Source: Octopus vulgaris (Eukaryota). Taken from it: 64,000 nt of DNA. Below are positions 1-13,649 of this stretch, piece by piece (positions within the stretch are counted from its first letter, which is position 1; each line of letters begins with the position of its first letter). The notes below the pieces were generated by a model that saw only the letters and a list, made by a program, of their open reading frames with translations, was not told where the DNA came from and made no database searches. The position numbers were made by a program, and so were the translations under genes. The stretch is from contig OX597815.1 of assembly GCA_951406725.2 (NCBI GenBank), positions 22,630,001 to 22,694,000 of the forward strand. The letters are read 5' to 3'.

Positions 1-189
1 ACCAACGTCTAGTTATAAAGAAAAAGGCAATTATTCATGAGACGTATTTGAAACTGTACTCAAAATAACCATTGCAAAAAATATTGCTACACTTTCGAAA
101 AGCAAAATTGTAAATGATCGGGTATATAATAGTTAGAGTATTGGTTTACACACACACACTCACATACATACATACATACATACATACAT

Positions 190-248
<59 letters not shown>

Positions 249-251
<3 letters not shown>

Positions 252-1235
252 GGTTATTTTGAAAGAATGAACCGATTTCATTACGCAATATTTTAATAAG
301 AAAAAACAATAGAAAACTCCAAAATTATTTACTTACAATCAACTTTTATTTCCTGTCTTAAAAATGTTCATTGTCGCCTCCACCTGCAGCACAGGCAATC
401 TCAATGCGGTAAGAGAATTCCTCCCAGATCGTATCAGCCTATCACGATCCACTGAGTTGATCGCTGTTGTTATTCGATGTTTAAGGTCATCGAGGTTAGT
501 GGGTAGCGGTGGAGTTTTCTAAGTTTTGAATGGCTGCCACAGGGGCACTGCAGTCGTGTCATTCTTCCGGCAACTTTAAGTTGTTTGTTTACACTCAGAA
601 TGGCGAGTCCTCAGTATTTGTGGAACAGAGCACCCACATAGAGCACCACAGTTGAGCATGAAAGACATCCCACTAATGTGAACATCTTCTTTACTGTATC
701 TCAGGACAAGGTTTATAGTCCCTTTTTCTTTGAATAAAACACTGTTACAGGACAAACCTATCTCGATATGTTCCAAAACTGGCTCTTCACTTCACTGCTG
801 GCAGATTTGCAAGATGGCGTACCGCCCCACTGGCACCTGATGGTTCGAGCTTTTTTAAATGAAAAAGTGCTCAAGCGATGGATTGGTCGGAAAGGGGCCC
901 AAGACCTTGCTCTTTGTGCTTGGCCTGCGAGATCCCCAAACCTCACCGTGTGTGATTTTTTCTTGTGGGTATATGTAAAAGTTCCACTGCTACCCGCTAA
1001 CATCGATGACCTTAAACATCGAATATCAACAGCGATCAATTCACTAGATCGTGATAGGCTGATACGCGTCTGGGAAGAATTCTCTATTCGCATTGATGTT
1101 GCCCGTGCTGCAGATGGAAGCCACAGGAAATAAAAGTTGATTCTGAGTAGATACTTGTGACTTAACTGGGGTTTTCTATTGCTTTTCTTTATTAAAATAT
1201 TGCGTAATGAAATCGGTTCATTCTTTTTGAATAAC

Positions 1236-1239
<4 letters not shown>
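249..1239 (+). mobile_element. Tc1/mariner (rosa/DD41D-like) defective element with ~260-bp inverted arms
   Basis: Ends read CAGGGTTATT.. and ..AATAACCCTG, preceded by TA of a (TA)n tract. Arm 249-~513 is the reverse complement of ~982-1239. Transposase motifs are present internally. Confidence 0.9.
715..1133 (+). pseudogene. DDD transposase C-terminal remnant
   Basis: PFFFE*NTVTGQTYLDM..QDGVPPH..RWIGR..WPARSPNLTVCDFFLW. There are 46 aa between the 2nd and 3rd D, with a stop and deletions. Confidence 0.85.
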
Positions 1240-1302
<63 letters not shown>

Positions 1303-2584
1303 ATTTGGTATGATACAAGATCATACATTTTAATTTAATGTTGTTTGCATTGCGTATACCGATTATTTTTCTTCAACCGCCAAGCTTCTGCAGTACCAGA
1401 GAATAAGGTGCGAATTTCGTTTGGGCAGGTGACAATCGGATGCACAGCATTGACAAACCTCAAGAAGAGCGTAACGTGTTTGTCATTCTCGTGAGTCACT
1501 GCAGCGACGATATTCGTCTCGCACCGGTATGTATTGCGCTTTTAATGCAACAAGTCTATAAAAATATTTTATCTCAAACAATTCCACACCATTTTGTCTT
1601 CTAACCCTATTTTTGCACTTATATATGTATGTATATATATATATATATATCCACACATGCCAGCTTAATTTTTATTTCGTCTTTAATCGAAAGACACCTG
1701 TCGTTTGTATTTGTAATTGTGTACCATTTCTCCGTTTTTTTCTTTTCGTATACGTTCCCTTGCTTTCTTCCAAAGAATATAGTACTCTTCGCTTAGATTT
1801 CCGTGGGGCCGGCCAGATTAGAGCAGTCTCGAGATTAACCGACCGAAACTGCAAAGACGATCTGCTTCCCGACTGAAGATTGAACGCTCCGAATGTCCCG
1901 TCCTTGTTTTTTTCCTGTCCCTTTCTGTATCACCTACTGTCCGAATGTTTAGTTGTTGTCTGTTACGTTCTTGTTCCATTTTTGCTTTGATTTCATATAT
2001 ATATATATATATATATATACTCACAGACACGCACACGTACGAATATATGGACAGAAACACACCAGCCCTTGTACGTTAGATGCGTATGTATGATGTATTT
2101 ATGTAGGTATGTATGTGTTAGTGTTTTTGTGTGTATATGCGTGTGAATATATATGCAGTATATACTACTAAGATAATTATATATCCAAGCTGCAAAGAAT
2201 GCTGCCAACAACCATGAACATATATTACCCCACACATTACATTTTGATATACTTAAACACCAAACATTCCAAAATACTTGTATTCCTTGAGTAGATATCT
2301 TCAAGCGTGCAATAGCTTCATTACTTTCCTGTAAGCGTTTCTAAGTGTTCGGTATGATCTTCCCATAACATTTTCATTTTTTATTTCTTTATTTTCATTT
2401 AAAAGTTCTTTTATGTAGGAAGAGTAGCTAAATTTTCTAAGGTTAATTCTGTGTTAATTATAAAACAGTGTTTCTTTTCATTCTATAAAATAGCTATGCA
2501 ATATTCCTGAATTTTAAAGCTGTTGATCGAAAAGCTTTTTGGCATATTCTTTGTTTTTGTTTTATTTTTTAATTACAGCGAGTG

Positions 2585-2802
2585 ACTCTTTACTCTTTTA
2601 CTTGTTTCAGTCATTTGACTGCGGCCATGCTGGAGCATCACCTTTAATCGAGCAACTCGACCCCGGGACTTATTCTTTGTAAGCCCAGTACTTATTCTAT
2701 CGGTCTCTTTTACCGAACCACTAATTGACGGAGACATAAAAACGCCAGCATCGGTTGTCAAGCAATACTAGGGGGACAAACACAGACACACAAACACACA
2801 CG

Positions 2803-2854
<52 letters not shown>

Positions 2855-3008
2855 TACGACGGGCTTCTTTCAGTTTCCGTCTACCAAATCTACTCAAGGC
2901 TTTGATCGGCCCGAGGCTATAGTAGAAGACACTTGCCCAAGGTGCCACGCAGTGGGACTGAACCCGGAACCATGTGGTTGGTAAGCAAGCTACTTACCAC
3001 ACAGCCAC
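2585..3008 (-). mobile_element. OK-type tRNA-derived SINE
   Basis: The reverse strand reads GTGGCTGTGTGGTAAGTAGC..GGTTCAGTCCC (A/B boxes), then internal (TA)n/(CA)n and a (GAGTAAAA)n tail. More than 10 similar copies occur in the window. Confidence 0.9.
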
Positions 3009-3904
3009 ATATAAAATATTTCAGGGAAGTCGTTTTCATCTGTGTTTCTATGTATACCCTAACATATTTTTAACGATATTGAGCACATAGCAACTCTTAA
3101 ATATACCCTCAGATGTATGCGTCATACTGGATATCAAGCCTTGTTTTGAGATACTGTTTATGAAACAACTTTCACCTCAAAGATGACCACCAAAACAAAA
3201 ACACAACCAACTTATACCTAAAACATCATAATCATTTACCCCGTCATGTGATCGTTGCATCAACCTTATCGAAATCATGCATATACGTAACCTCAGGCAT
3301 TGATATAGTTCCTACACCATCAAAAATAACCATTCCCATCTTAAACTATTGATAAAATTTACACGATATAACAACGTTGTAAATCAGTGAACATGAACAG
3401 CGCACGCGTGACCAGGTAATTTGATATATTATCCGTTTCGTGCATTAGTATGTCAACAGAATATATATACAGAATATGTGTTTATTTAATGTCGAATTCA
3501 TTCTATTAGAATGAAAAGTTAAGTCGATCTTAGAGAGATTTAATTCAGAGATTTATCACTAAATTCCGCAGACATTCTTGTGCGATTTCAACAATGTTTG
3601 CTGCTGTCATTTTTCTTGTTTTAATTATTAAATCTTCACAAAATGTAACGAACTTATTAGCCATTCTTGTTTCCAACAATGATAATTACTTCGTTCCTAT
3701 AGGTATAATTCTAATACACTTCTAGCATCTAATATCCAGTCTTCCCACTTGATTCTATAAAAATTATTTCAATGAAATTACATTGCAATAATATTAATCA
3801 GAAATGTCCCTTGTGTAGGTGGCCACCTACACACAAGCACGTATGCATCTTCCCTTTGTTCTCATTTGTTTCTGAATTGTGTATGTGTGTGTACATACAC
3901 ATAT

Positions 3905-3906
3905 TT

Positions 3907-3949
<43 letters not shown>

Positions 3950-4048
3950 TATATGTACACGTACATGTACATACATACACACTCACATCCACCCACACAC
4001 TCCTACAAATATACACACATATATATACATATATATACATATATATAC

Positions 4049-4115
<67 letters not shown>

Positions 4116-4188
4116 TATATACATATATATACATATATATACATATATATATATATACATATATATACATATATACATATATATATAC

Positions 4189-4267
<79 letters not shown>

Positions 4268-4326
4268 TATACATATATATACATATATATATATACATAT
4301 ATATACATATATACATATATATATAC

Positions 4327-4388
<62 letters not shown>
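3905..4388. repeat. long (TA)n/(TATACA)n microsatellite
   Basis: Seen directly. Confidence 0.95.
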
Positions 4389-4391
<3 letters not shown>

Positions 4392-5026
4392 CGCGACGCG
4401 GTGTTTTGGAAATTAATCTATCCAACTTAATGCATACTTGAAACCAAGTATCTAATAGTGCTTTCATTGTTGTCAGCATCTGTTCGTTTTTGTCACTCTC
4501 TTTCAATAGAACCTCGTCTTTCCCCTTCATCAGTTTCCTTTACCTCCTACACATTTTTTCTCCTACGCGAGCATTATTGTCATATGAGAAATACAACAGA
4601 GGATAACAATTACTAGCAATATATTTCGTGTTTATTTCTTTTTGCATGATGGGAGACAAATTATTTTTTCAGTATCTGCAACAATGATTAATGTTGTGCT
4701 CTTCCAGTACGTTAGTTGATGATGTATTTTTTGTCATTTAAACATACCTACACTAATAATTCATAAACTGACCTTACGTTAAAGTGTACAAGTTATCCAC
4801 GGTTGTTGTTATGCATACCCAATTACGACCTCCAACCACAAATCTAAATGACATTATACACACCTCTGGAGCCCTATAACACTTTCGATTTTTCGGAGCT
4901 CCACCAGCCTTGATTGCGCATGTGTTTGACCAATAACTCATCGGACTCATCTTAGTATGTAACTGAGATAATTCTCTTAAGCATGTCGCTTTCCTTCATT
5001 CAAAGAATGGGAAAACAACTGGAAGT

Positions 5027-5312
5027 GGAGGCACATGGCCTAGTGGTTAGAGCAGCGGACTCGCGGTCGAGGGATCGCGGGTTCGAAACTCAGAGCGGGC
5101 GATATGTGTGTTTATGAGCGAAACGCCTAAGCTCCAATCGGCTCCGGCAGAAGGTAATGGCGAAACTTCTGCTGATTCTTTCGCCACAACTTTCTTTCGC
5201 TCTTTCCTCCTACATCTTGCAGCTCACTTGCGATGGACTGGCGTCCCGTCCAAGTGGTGAACCTATACGCCATGAAACCGGGAAACCGGCTCCTATGAGC
5301 TCGAGAAGGAAC
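5027..5312 (+). mobile_element. OR-type tRNA-derived SINE
   Basis: Head GGAGGCACATGGCCTAGTGGTTAGAGCAGCGGACTCGCGGTCG..GGTTCGAA is shared with the copies at 15546 and 49627. Confidence 0.85.
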
Positions 5313-5439
5313 AAACAGTAACAAAAAAAAAAAACAGGAATGTGCCATGTGGTACAATTGGAATATTTCAAAACATTTTGTACTTCACCCTTATGATAGA
5401 ATTCAAGGGGATTTACTATTGGATAGCAAGTCACCGGTT

Positions 5440-5670
5440 GTGACCTCAGCCATCCAAGAACTTTCAAATGATTTCCACTGTTCCTAACAAGCAAGCCAGT
5501 TGCATGCATTCTAGGTGCTTCTGCAAGCCGATCATTTCTGTCCACTCCTTGAAACTCTTCCCCGTCATTCCTAAGGCTCCAATGATAATTGGCACAACCT
5601 TACTCTTTCTGTAACTCCACAATCTGCTTATCACTCCCCTCTGGTCTTGGTATATATCTATCTTGCTGAT
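5440..5670 (-). mobile_element. Dong/R4-like LINE 3' fragment (RLE domain)
   Basis: The minus strand gives ..RLWSYRKSKVVPIIIGALG..MQLACLLGTVEII. Confidence 0.75.
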
Positions 5671-5731
5671 TTTGTTTGTTTTCTGGGTTTTTTGGGGGGG
5701 TTTTTTTCGTTATTGATGTTATAATTATTAT

Positions 5732-6398
5732 TGAGTGAGAGAGCAGAAAATGACATTGGGGTTAAATATACGAAGCCCATCATCACTACCCGTCTGAAAA
5801 GGGTACACCAAACACAGGCATCACAACCATATGTTCGTGACGTGGTGATCTCATTTCAAGAAAAATATCGCATGACCTTGCAGGTGGGGCCCAGTTAGAA
5901 TTTTCTTCAGGTCGAGTAGCCCATTTCACTCAAAAGGTACTTGAATAAGATTTCTTTAAGGATATTGAACGTGGTGATCTCATTTCAAGAAAAATATCGC
6001 ATGACCTTGCAGGTGGGGCCCAGTTAGAATTTTCTTCAGGTCGAGTAGCCCATTTCACTCAAAAGGTACTTGAATAAGATTTCTTTAAGGATATTGAACG
6101 AAGCAACCATGTTTCCAGAGCCGAATTATTCAAATCCCAAATAATTGTTCTCAACACATCGCTATGATGTTCTCCCCTCTACTTCTGCTTGTGATCAGAG
6201 ATGCACATATCGCCAATAACTAAGGCACATACTCAACTGATTAAGGTTAAGCAATTGACAAGCAAATCTGTGGTATTGAGCAGAATATTTGTTGTCACCC
6301 GTCTGTTTATCCCAAGACAAAACATATACATGATAACACTTCTAATCAGTTACGATTAGAAGTCATAATAGCCACTGCCTTGTGCTGCATCGGCGCAT
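5732..6398. mobile_element. interspersed repeat flanked by (TAA)n, with an internal 129-bp tandem duplication
   Basis: Bounded by ATT repeats. 5840-5968 is duplicated at 5969-6097. Confidence 0.5.
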
Positions 6399-6407
6399 TT
6401 ATTGTTG

Positions 6408-6459
<52 letters not shown>

Positions 6460-6478
6460 TATTATCATTATTATTAAT

Positions 6479-6519
<41 letters not shown>

Positions 6520-6579
6520 TATTATTATTAAAGCGGTGAGCTGACAGAATCGTTATCACGCTGGGCGAAATGCTTAGCG

Positions 6580-7795
6580 GTGACACTTGTTACTGGTCAT
6601 GCTTCAGGGACCCTGCGCAGAATTCTTGCAGTTCCAAGCAGTGCTGATTTTTGTAGGTGTTCTACCGTTACATTTGCACCAATTACTATTGGCATCACGT
6701 ATCCTCTCTTCATTGACCACAAACCTTCGCATTTCCCACTTCAAATCGACATAGTTGTTTATTTTTCTTCTTCTTTCACATTAATCCTGTTGTCACCTGG
6801 GCTTGCTATGTTGATTATCATACATATTCTTTCTTTTTTATTCACCACAGCAATGTTCGGTTTCCGATGTCTGGTCGGGTGATCGCACTAGATCATTGCA
6901 TCCCACAGGATTTTGCAATTCTCATTTTCGGTGACTTCTTCTGGGGTTTTCACATACCACGTCTTTGTTCTTTGTAGGCCGTGATTTCCACAGAGCTCCC
7001 AATGGATCATTCTTTCCACATTGTCGTAGCATCTTTTGTACTTGCGTTTTGCTAATTTCGGGCATTCGCTAACGATGTGCCATACCGCTTCACCCCTCTC
7101 ACCACAAATTCTGCATTTGTCACAATCGGTAGTGTTGTCTATTCTGCACTTCATATAGTTGGTCTTTAATGCTTGTTCCTGAGCTGCGCAAGTGAGTGCT
7201 CTCTCTCTCTCTATCTTCAGGTCACTCCTCCTCATCCATAACCACTGGTGGTTATGGATGAGGAGGAGTGACCAGATGCACAATTTTCAGTTATGATGAC
7301 GCCGGCCTTCGTGTGTTTCAGCAGTGGCGTCACGGCATTTTTTATATGCCGCCCTAAGTTGTTTTCCTTTGCTTCTATACAGTCCTGGCAACTGATCAAA
7401 CCTCTCCCACCCTTTCTTCTGGACAAGTACAGCCTATCGGTGTTATTCTTAGGGTAGAAGGCTCCATGTACTGTCAACATTTTTCTGGTTTGGTACCCAT
7501 TTTTTTCACTTTTGCCATTTTATAACTCCCGCTTAAGAACTACTTCGGCATTTTCCCTAATACTTTGCTCATTAATGCACTAGTTAATCCTAGATCTGGC
7601 TGCTTCTCACTCACTACTTCTTCCCTCACTTTCTGTAACCATATTGCATCTCCATTATGATTGACTGGTTTATCCCAAGTATTACTTCAGAACTCTCTAG
7701 CTTCCTCTACATTAGGTTTCTCATCTTTAGTACTTCGTTCTCCACTATTTATTTGGTTATAAAATATCCTCTGATCTATTCTGTTGATACTGATC
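6580..7795 (-). mobile_element. Dong/R4-like non-LTR retrotransposon (internally deleted)
   Basis: HGAFYPKNNTDRLYLSRRKGGRGL; AAQEQALKTNY..CRICGERGEAVWHIVSEC (CCHC); KILWD..RPDI; ends GTARILRRV. Confidence 0.9.
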
Positions 7796-8057
7796 TATTA
7801 TTATTATTATTATTATTATCATTATTATTATTTCACTTAGCCCTAGTGAAATAGCGAAGAGAATGAGTGAAGGACTTGTTTAAAAATTCCTCTGAGGAGG
7901 TGCAGTCTGCACTTGCGATGCATGATAGTTGATTGCACAACATCTCACCTATGAACTACAGGTGCAGAATGAGTCGAAACAATTCTACTACATTTCAATA
8001 ATCTCGTGAATTCCATTTTTTGTCTCTGATCTGTCTATCTATCTATCTATCTCTCTT

Positions 8058-8092
<35 letters not shown>

Positions 8093-8094
8093 CT

Positions 8095-8765
8095 CTCCCC
8101 AGACACAACGAACTAAAAATTGTTTATTTACTTACTTAGCTTGTATCAATAAAGACTGATACCTGGGATTAGCTAAAGGAATATTGATGTTAAAGGACAT
8201 GCTAACTATATACTAATTATAAACTAAGAGGTATATTATAGGTTTTAAAAGTTATTAGTGTTAATCCACACATTATATTATAGTTTCTTAAGGCTACTTA
8301 ATTAGAAGGGCTACTTACATAAAGGCCCTTATGTTCCACCAGTAGGGTGGAACACTTTAAGAAAGGGATAAATAAAGTAATTACTAAAACCATGATGAAA
8401 TTTGATCAACTAGGCAGGAAAAATGTTTATTGATAGTATACTAATTTTGTTTAGCACACTAACTATACTATATAGCTTTTATTTTATTTCTTTTTAATAT
8501 ATGCAATGTGCTTTAATTTCAGACTAAAAATATTAAAGGTAAGTATCCATCAAAATGAGTACAATCTCGTTACTTTCTTGGAGGTTTTAAGTAAAATTAT
8601 ACTAGTGTGTCCATCTGTTTTAATTTAATTTAATTTTATGTATCTATGCAGCTGAGGATTGCTCTGCATTTAAATTGATGCAATGGTTGCATTGTTCAAT
8701 TAAATGGAGTCGCTTGAAACGATCGTACTGCGTTACCACTGGATATCCTGTTGCTTATTTTGATT
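8095..8765 (+). mobile_element. Penelope-like fragment (degenerate GIY-YIG-like segment plus pLTR with hammerhead)
   Basis: Frameshifted VYLLT..CINKD*YLGLAKG motif near 8120-8180, a hammerhead at 8646-8733, and (TA)n flanks. Confidence 0.5.
8646..8733 (+). ncRNA. type I hammerhead ribozyme motif, long helix II, palindromic helix III
   Basis: ATGCAG-CTGAGGA-[long hairpin]-GAA-ACGATCGT-A-CTGCGT. Canonical CUGANGA core, GUA site, 6-bp helix I. Confidence 0.7.
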
Positions 8766-8839
<74 letters not shown>

Positions 8840-8912
8840 AGAGAGAGAGAGAGGATAAGAAAATAGAGGAAAAATAAGACATGTGTCTTTTGCGCTAGGA
8901 AGCCATTATTTA

Positions 8913-9117
8913 TTACGGAGATGTACTTGCTTAGCAAGTAACCTGATCTGAGATCGTGTGCTGGAACGAAAACAATGAGATGCCGCACGGAATTTTGTCA
9001 GTGAACAGGTCGCGGTCTCAAAGCGACGAAAATATTTTAACAAATTATATTTAAATGTTGAAGTGAATCCAACGGATTTTGTGTGTTTCTTAAACGGCTT
9101 ATAAACACCTTCCATGC
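8913..9117 (+). mobile_element. short non-autonomous element with a 12-bp TSD, carrying a G3:C8 hammerhead
   Basis: AGCCATTATTTA at 8901-8912 and 9118-9129. A homologous segment lies inverted at ~35463-35595. Confidence 0.75.
8994..9044 (+). ncRNA. minimal hammerhead, G3:C8 variant
   Basis: TTTGTCA-GTGAACA-G-GTCGC..GCGAC-GAA-AATATT-T-TAACAAA. Confidence 0.65.
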
Positions 9118-9251
9118 AGCCATTATTTAATTACTTAAGAAAGGTGAGAGTAAGAGTGAGTTTACGATCTTTAAATCATTTCGAACCTTTGATCATTTGT
9201 CTTTTTCGATGTATTCCTCTACCTTTCGTTCTTCTCTACCTCTGACTTCTT

Positions 9252-9337
9252 CGTTCTGATGATGTCTACTATTGGCAACGATGCAAAAATATAAATATAT
9301 ATTTTCTTCACCATGGCACACAGAAACAATCGTAAGC
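9252..9337 (+). ncRNA. degenerate hammerhead motif with a long loop II
   Basis: CTGATGA..AGAA-ACAATCGT-A. Helix III is near-palindromic and helix I is weak. Confidence 0.4.
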
Positions 9338-9600
9338 TCACTCTCTCTCTCTCTCCCACACATTTTTTAACTAATTAAATAATGGCTCCCGAGCACAAAA
9401 AACACATTTATTGTTATTTTTCCTCCATTTTCTTATCGTCTGTATAAATTAAACTACGGTTTGCCAACCAAATTACCTGCTGCCGTATACCTTTTACCAA
9501 GGACTATACCTACTCAGGTAATTACTAGGAGTGCATTTGGATATATCTGTCCATTAGAGGCATTAAACACTAACTTATACCTGTATATATATATATATAT

Positions 9601-9900
9601 CATCATCATCATCATCATCATCGTTTAACGTCCGCCTTTCATGCTAGCATGGCTTGGACGATTTGACTGAGGGCTGGCGAACCAGATGGTTGCACCAGGC
9701 TCCAATCTTAATCTGGCAGAGTTTCTACAGCTGGATGCCCTTCCTAATGCCAACCACTCCGAGAGTATAGTGGGTGCTTTTACGTTCCACCGTCACGGTG
9801 GCCATTCAAGCGGTACTGGCAACGAGCTCATTCGAATCTTTTTACACATGCCACTGGCACAGGTGCCAGTAAGGCAATACTGGTAACGATCACGCTCGAA
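9601..9900 (-). mobile_element. SINE 3' part with an RTE-like tail and (GAT)n
   Basis: The minus strand reads GTTGGCATTAGGAAGGGCATCCAGCTGTAGAAAC..GGACGTTAAACGATGATGATG. Confidence 0.75.
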
Positions 9901-9904
9901 TACA

Positions 9905-9937
<33 letters not shown>

Positions 9938-10686
9938 GCATACATACATATTTACATACATATAAGGCGAACGAGTGTGTGTGTGGTGGGTATTTGTGTC
10001 TTTGTTTCGGGTGGTAATCACATTGGGCTTTATCATAAAGGTACAGCAACACGCCAGCATCACTTCAACCTTAAAATGATGCTATGAATGTCTAGAAACA
10101 TTGGTGATTGATTTTAGGAACTTTGTCGTTCGAAACAAACTATATGGAGCTCATACGAACTATGAGAAAAAACAAAACTACAATTGTGTACTCAGTGATC
10201 TACATACATATTTGTGTGTATTGTGCTGTGTTGTGGTGGATATCAGTGTGTGTGTGTGTGTGTGTGTTTGTATCTGTGTGTGCCTGTGTGTGCGCGCGCG
10301 TTTGCGTGTTTGTGTGTGTATGTGCGAGTGTGTGTGTACTGAAGGAAGGAGAGAACTTGTTTATAATGTACATATATGTATATATATGCAGGTTTACATG
10401 TATACATATTTTCCATAGATTCACATATATATGTGCATGTATAAATATATGTATGCTTATCTACAAGGAATATTATATAGAATAATGTACTCCTAAAGCA
10501 GATCAATTGTATATTAATAATGGAGTATCAGTATTAGGTTCAAGTTCAAATCATTTAAAAAAACATATAAGTCGAGGAAGTAAATTCAAGTAGGACACGT
10601 TAGTGAGAAAATACGTGTAGAAAGCGGCAAAAACCGGTTCAAACAAGACAAGTTATGTTGACTCATTTGTGTTATTTCTTCCAATG

Positions 10687-10687
<1 letters not shown>

Positions 10688-10742
<55 letters not shown>

Positions 10743-10749
10743 CATTATT

Positions 10750-10823
<74 letters not shown>

Positions 10824-10866
10824 GGTGGTGGTGGTGGTGGTGGTGGTGGTGGTGGTGGTGGTGGTT
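10688..10866. repeat. compound (ATT)n-(GTA)n-(GTG)n microsatellite
   Basis: Seen directly. Confidence 0.95.
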
Positions 10867-11203
10867 GTACAAGGATAGAATTAATAGTATACATAAGTGG
10901 TCTCCACTGTACTGATTCAACTTAAAATTTAAAATTTCAATTATTTATATTTGTAAACATTCCCAATCTAATCAATACAAAAATTGTAAACTATCTTTAT
11001 AACTACATTTTTGCACATCTGAAACCTAGCAGCAATCAGTCAGCTGCCCACAGGACATTTTTTTTTTTTCTCTTGTGCAAAATGTTTTAAATAGTAATCT
11101 CTTTTTGGTAACCAGTGATAATAAAGACTTATTTTCACGTGAAATTGTCAGTCTCATTTAAGCATATTTTATTTTGAAACATCTCTTTGTCCCTCCTTTC
11201 GAA

Positions 11204-11270
<67 letters not shown>

Positions 11271-12181
11271 ATCTCGTACTCACACACATACACATACGCG
11301 CACACACACACATACAATCACCATCTCATGAAACGTCTTAGATTTTAAAATTATTTGGAACACTTCAAAGTTCGTTTTGTTTTCATACAAAATCTACTTT
11401 CATAGTACAATATCTTCCAGAGGGATTGTACTATTAAATTATAAGCATATGTCCATGCCGTCAAGAGTGAAACCTATTTCAATAAATATTTCCATACATT
11501 TCTACTTTTGCCTAATTTTTTACCGCGGTTGGCATGCTTAATCTATACTGAAATTAGAAAAGATGTAGTTATAAATACTAAATAAAATAATTATTATTTA
11601 TTCTTTATATTTCAAGTTACTAAAATAATTTAAGAAACATAATTGCTGAAAACAATTATCACTCTTAGATACTAAATACAAACGTTACATTCTGTTGCAT
11701 CAAAAACTGTTGGCTCTAATAGAAAACACATAAACAGAAGTACATAATGCTCACATACATGCATATACACACATACACACATACACTTATATATACATAC
11801 GCGCACAAAACCAATATGTGTATATGGGTCTGTATGTGTGCTTGTGGGCATATTCATACTCGTACACACACCTACATACTCGAACGCACACAATATATAC
11901 GTATACGTCGTGTATTTGTAAACGTACTTATATTTGGTATATTGTATATAGGTACCAATATAGGTACACAAAAGAAAATGCAACGCAAATACCATGCACA
12001 AAGTATTCAAGTGACGCATCACCAACATACAACTAGAACAGGGCAAGCTGCTACAAATACTAGGCTTCACAACCCAAAAAAATCTGACGTAGAAACCGCA
12101 CACATATAATACTGACAAAGCTACATCCCATAGGTATATACATGTAAGTGTGTGTGTGTATGTGTGTGTTTGTGTGTGTGC

Positions 12182-12223
<42 letters not shown>

Positions 12224-12294
12224 AAATGTTTGCATATGAGCATTTGGGAGTACGTGTGTGTGCTACAGACATACAAACACATACACACATACAC

Positions 12295-12325
<31 letters not shown>

Positions 12326-12388
12326 CATACATACATACATACATACACATACACACACTTATATACAAACACATACACACATACACAC

Positions 12389-12419
<31 letters not shown>

Positions 12420-12604
12420 CATACACATATAATACATATATAATTATTGATACAATCAGTTTGACGAGTTTCCACGCAGTTTCCGTCAGTGCGAAATTCA
12501 CTAACACGGCCTGCAGAGGATGATACGCATTGAAATCGAACCAGAGATATCATAAGAGCGAAACGAATTTCTTAGCCACTCAGCTATGCCTCTACCAATA
12601 TACA

Positions 12605-12662
<58 letters not shown>

Positions 12663-12839
12663 AGACTTCATGATAACGAAGCAAACTTCTTAACCACTCG
12701 AGCATAACTGTGCCCATATATTATATATTTCGGTACATGTATTTTTACGTGCGCGCACACACACGTTCACATACACTATATATATAATGCATACAAATGC
12801 GGTCGCTCACACATATACATTCTATGGTCACACATGCAC

Positions 12840-12912
<73 letters not shown>

Positions 12913-13649
12913 CGCACAGGCACCCAAACACAAATGCGGATCGAGTTAGTTACGGCTGAAATGACATAATAGCAAATAATAGATAACAGACTAGTAGTAA
13001 GTGTGCTAATGGGTATTGGGTTTATTTCTGTGTTATAATTAGTATTTTTAAACCTAAGCTGCGTGACAGCATGCATACATGCGTATACATGTGTGTAAGG
13101 GGCTATGTCTCTGCAAATGTGAGCATTTTTTTGTTTTTTTTTATAAAAGCAGAGAGCTTTAGTCAATGCGTTTTGACCAAGCATGGACATCGCCTTGAAA
13201 GGTATTTTATTGACACTAGAACTTTGTTAGTTATTTTTTTCGACCCCGGAAGGATGAAAGTTATTCAACCTTGACGGGATTTGGTCTTTAATGTAAAGGG
13301 TGCAACCAAACACAACAGTATATTTTTGTCCGAGTTCTACTGATTCTACAACCAGGAGTGGCTGTGTGGTAAGTAGCTTGCTAACCAACCACATGGTTCC
13401 GGGTTCAGTCCCACTGCGTGGCACCTTGGACAAGTGTCTTCTGCTATAGCCCCGGGCCGACCAATGCCTTGTGAGTGGATTTGGTAGACGGAAACTGAAA
13501 GAAGCCTGTCGTTCTCCCCCATCCTCTCCTCTTCCCCCTTCTCCTCCCCCTCTTCTTCCCCTCCCCTTCTCTCCCCCCCTCTTATCCCCCTCCCTCTCCC
13601 CCTCTTCTCCTCACTACACCACATGACTTTACACATCACATATGATGTG

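Larger units (their letters stand above)
8854..9437 (+). mobile_element. Penelope-like element with ~60-bp inverted ends, hosting a nested insertion
   Basis: 8854-8912 is approximately the reverse complement of 9377-9437. A degenerate hammerhead lies at 9252-9337. Confidence 0.55.

Noticed and set aside
1785-1885. Hammerhead-like pieces (CCGAAACTGC, CTGAAGA)
   Set aside because: The core elements are out of order for a standard topology and helix II does not pair. It is probably a decayed repeat.
8150-8520. Possible mitochondrial insertion
   Set aside because: No recognisable mitochondrial protein or RNA on inspection.
8523-8538. 16-nt microexon (tttcag|..|gtaagt) and downstream acceptor at 8651
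   Set aside because: It is not frame-preserving and lies in a Penelope-like fragment. The acceptor coincides with hammerhead helix I.
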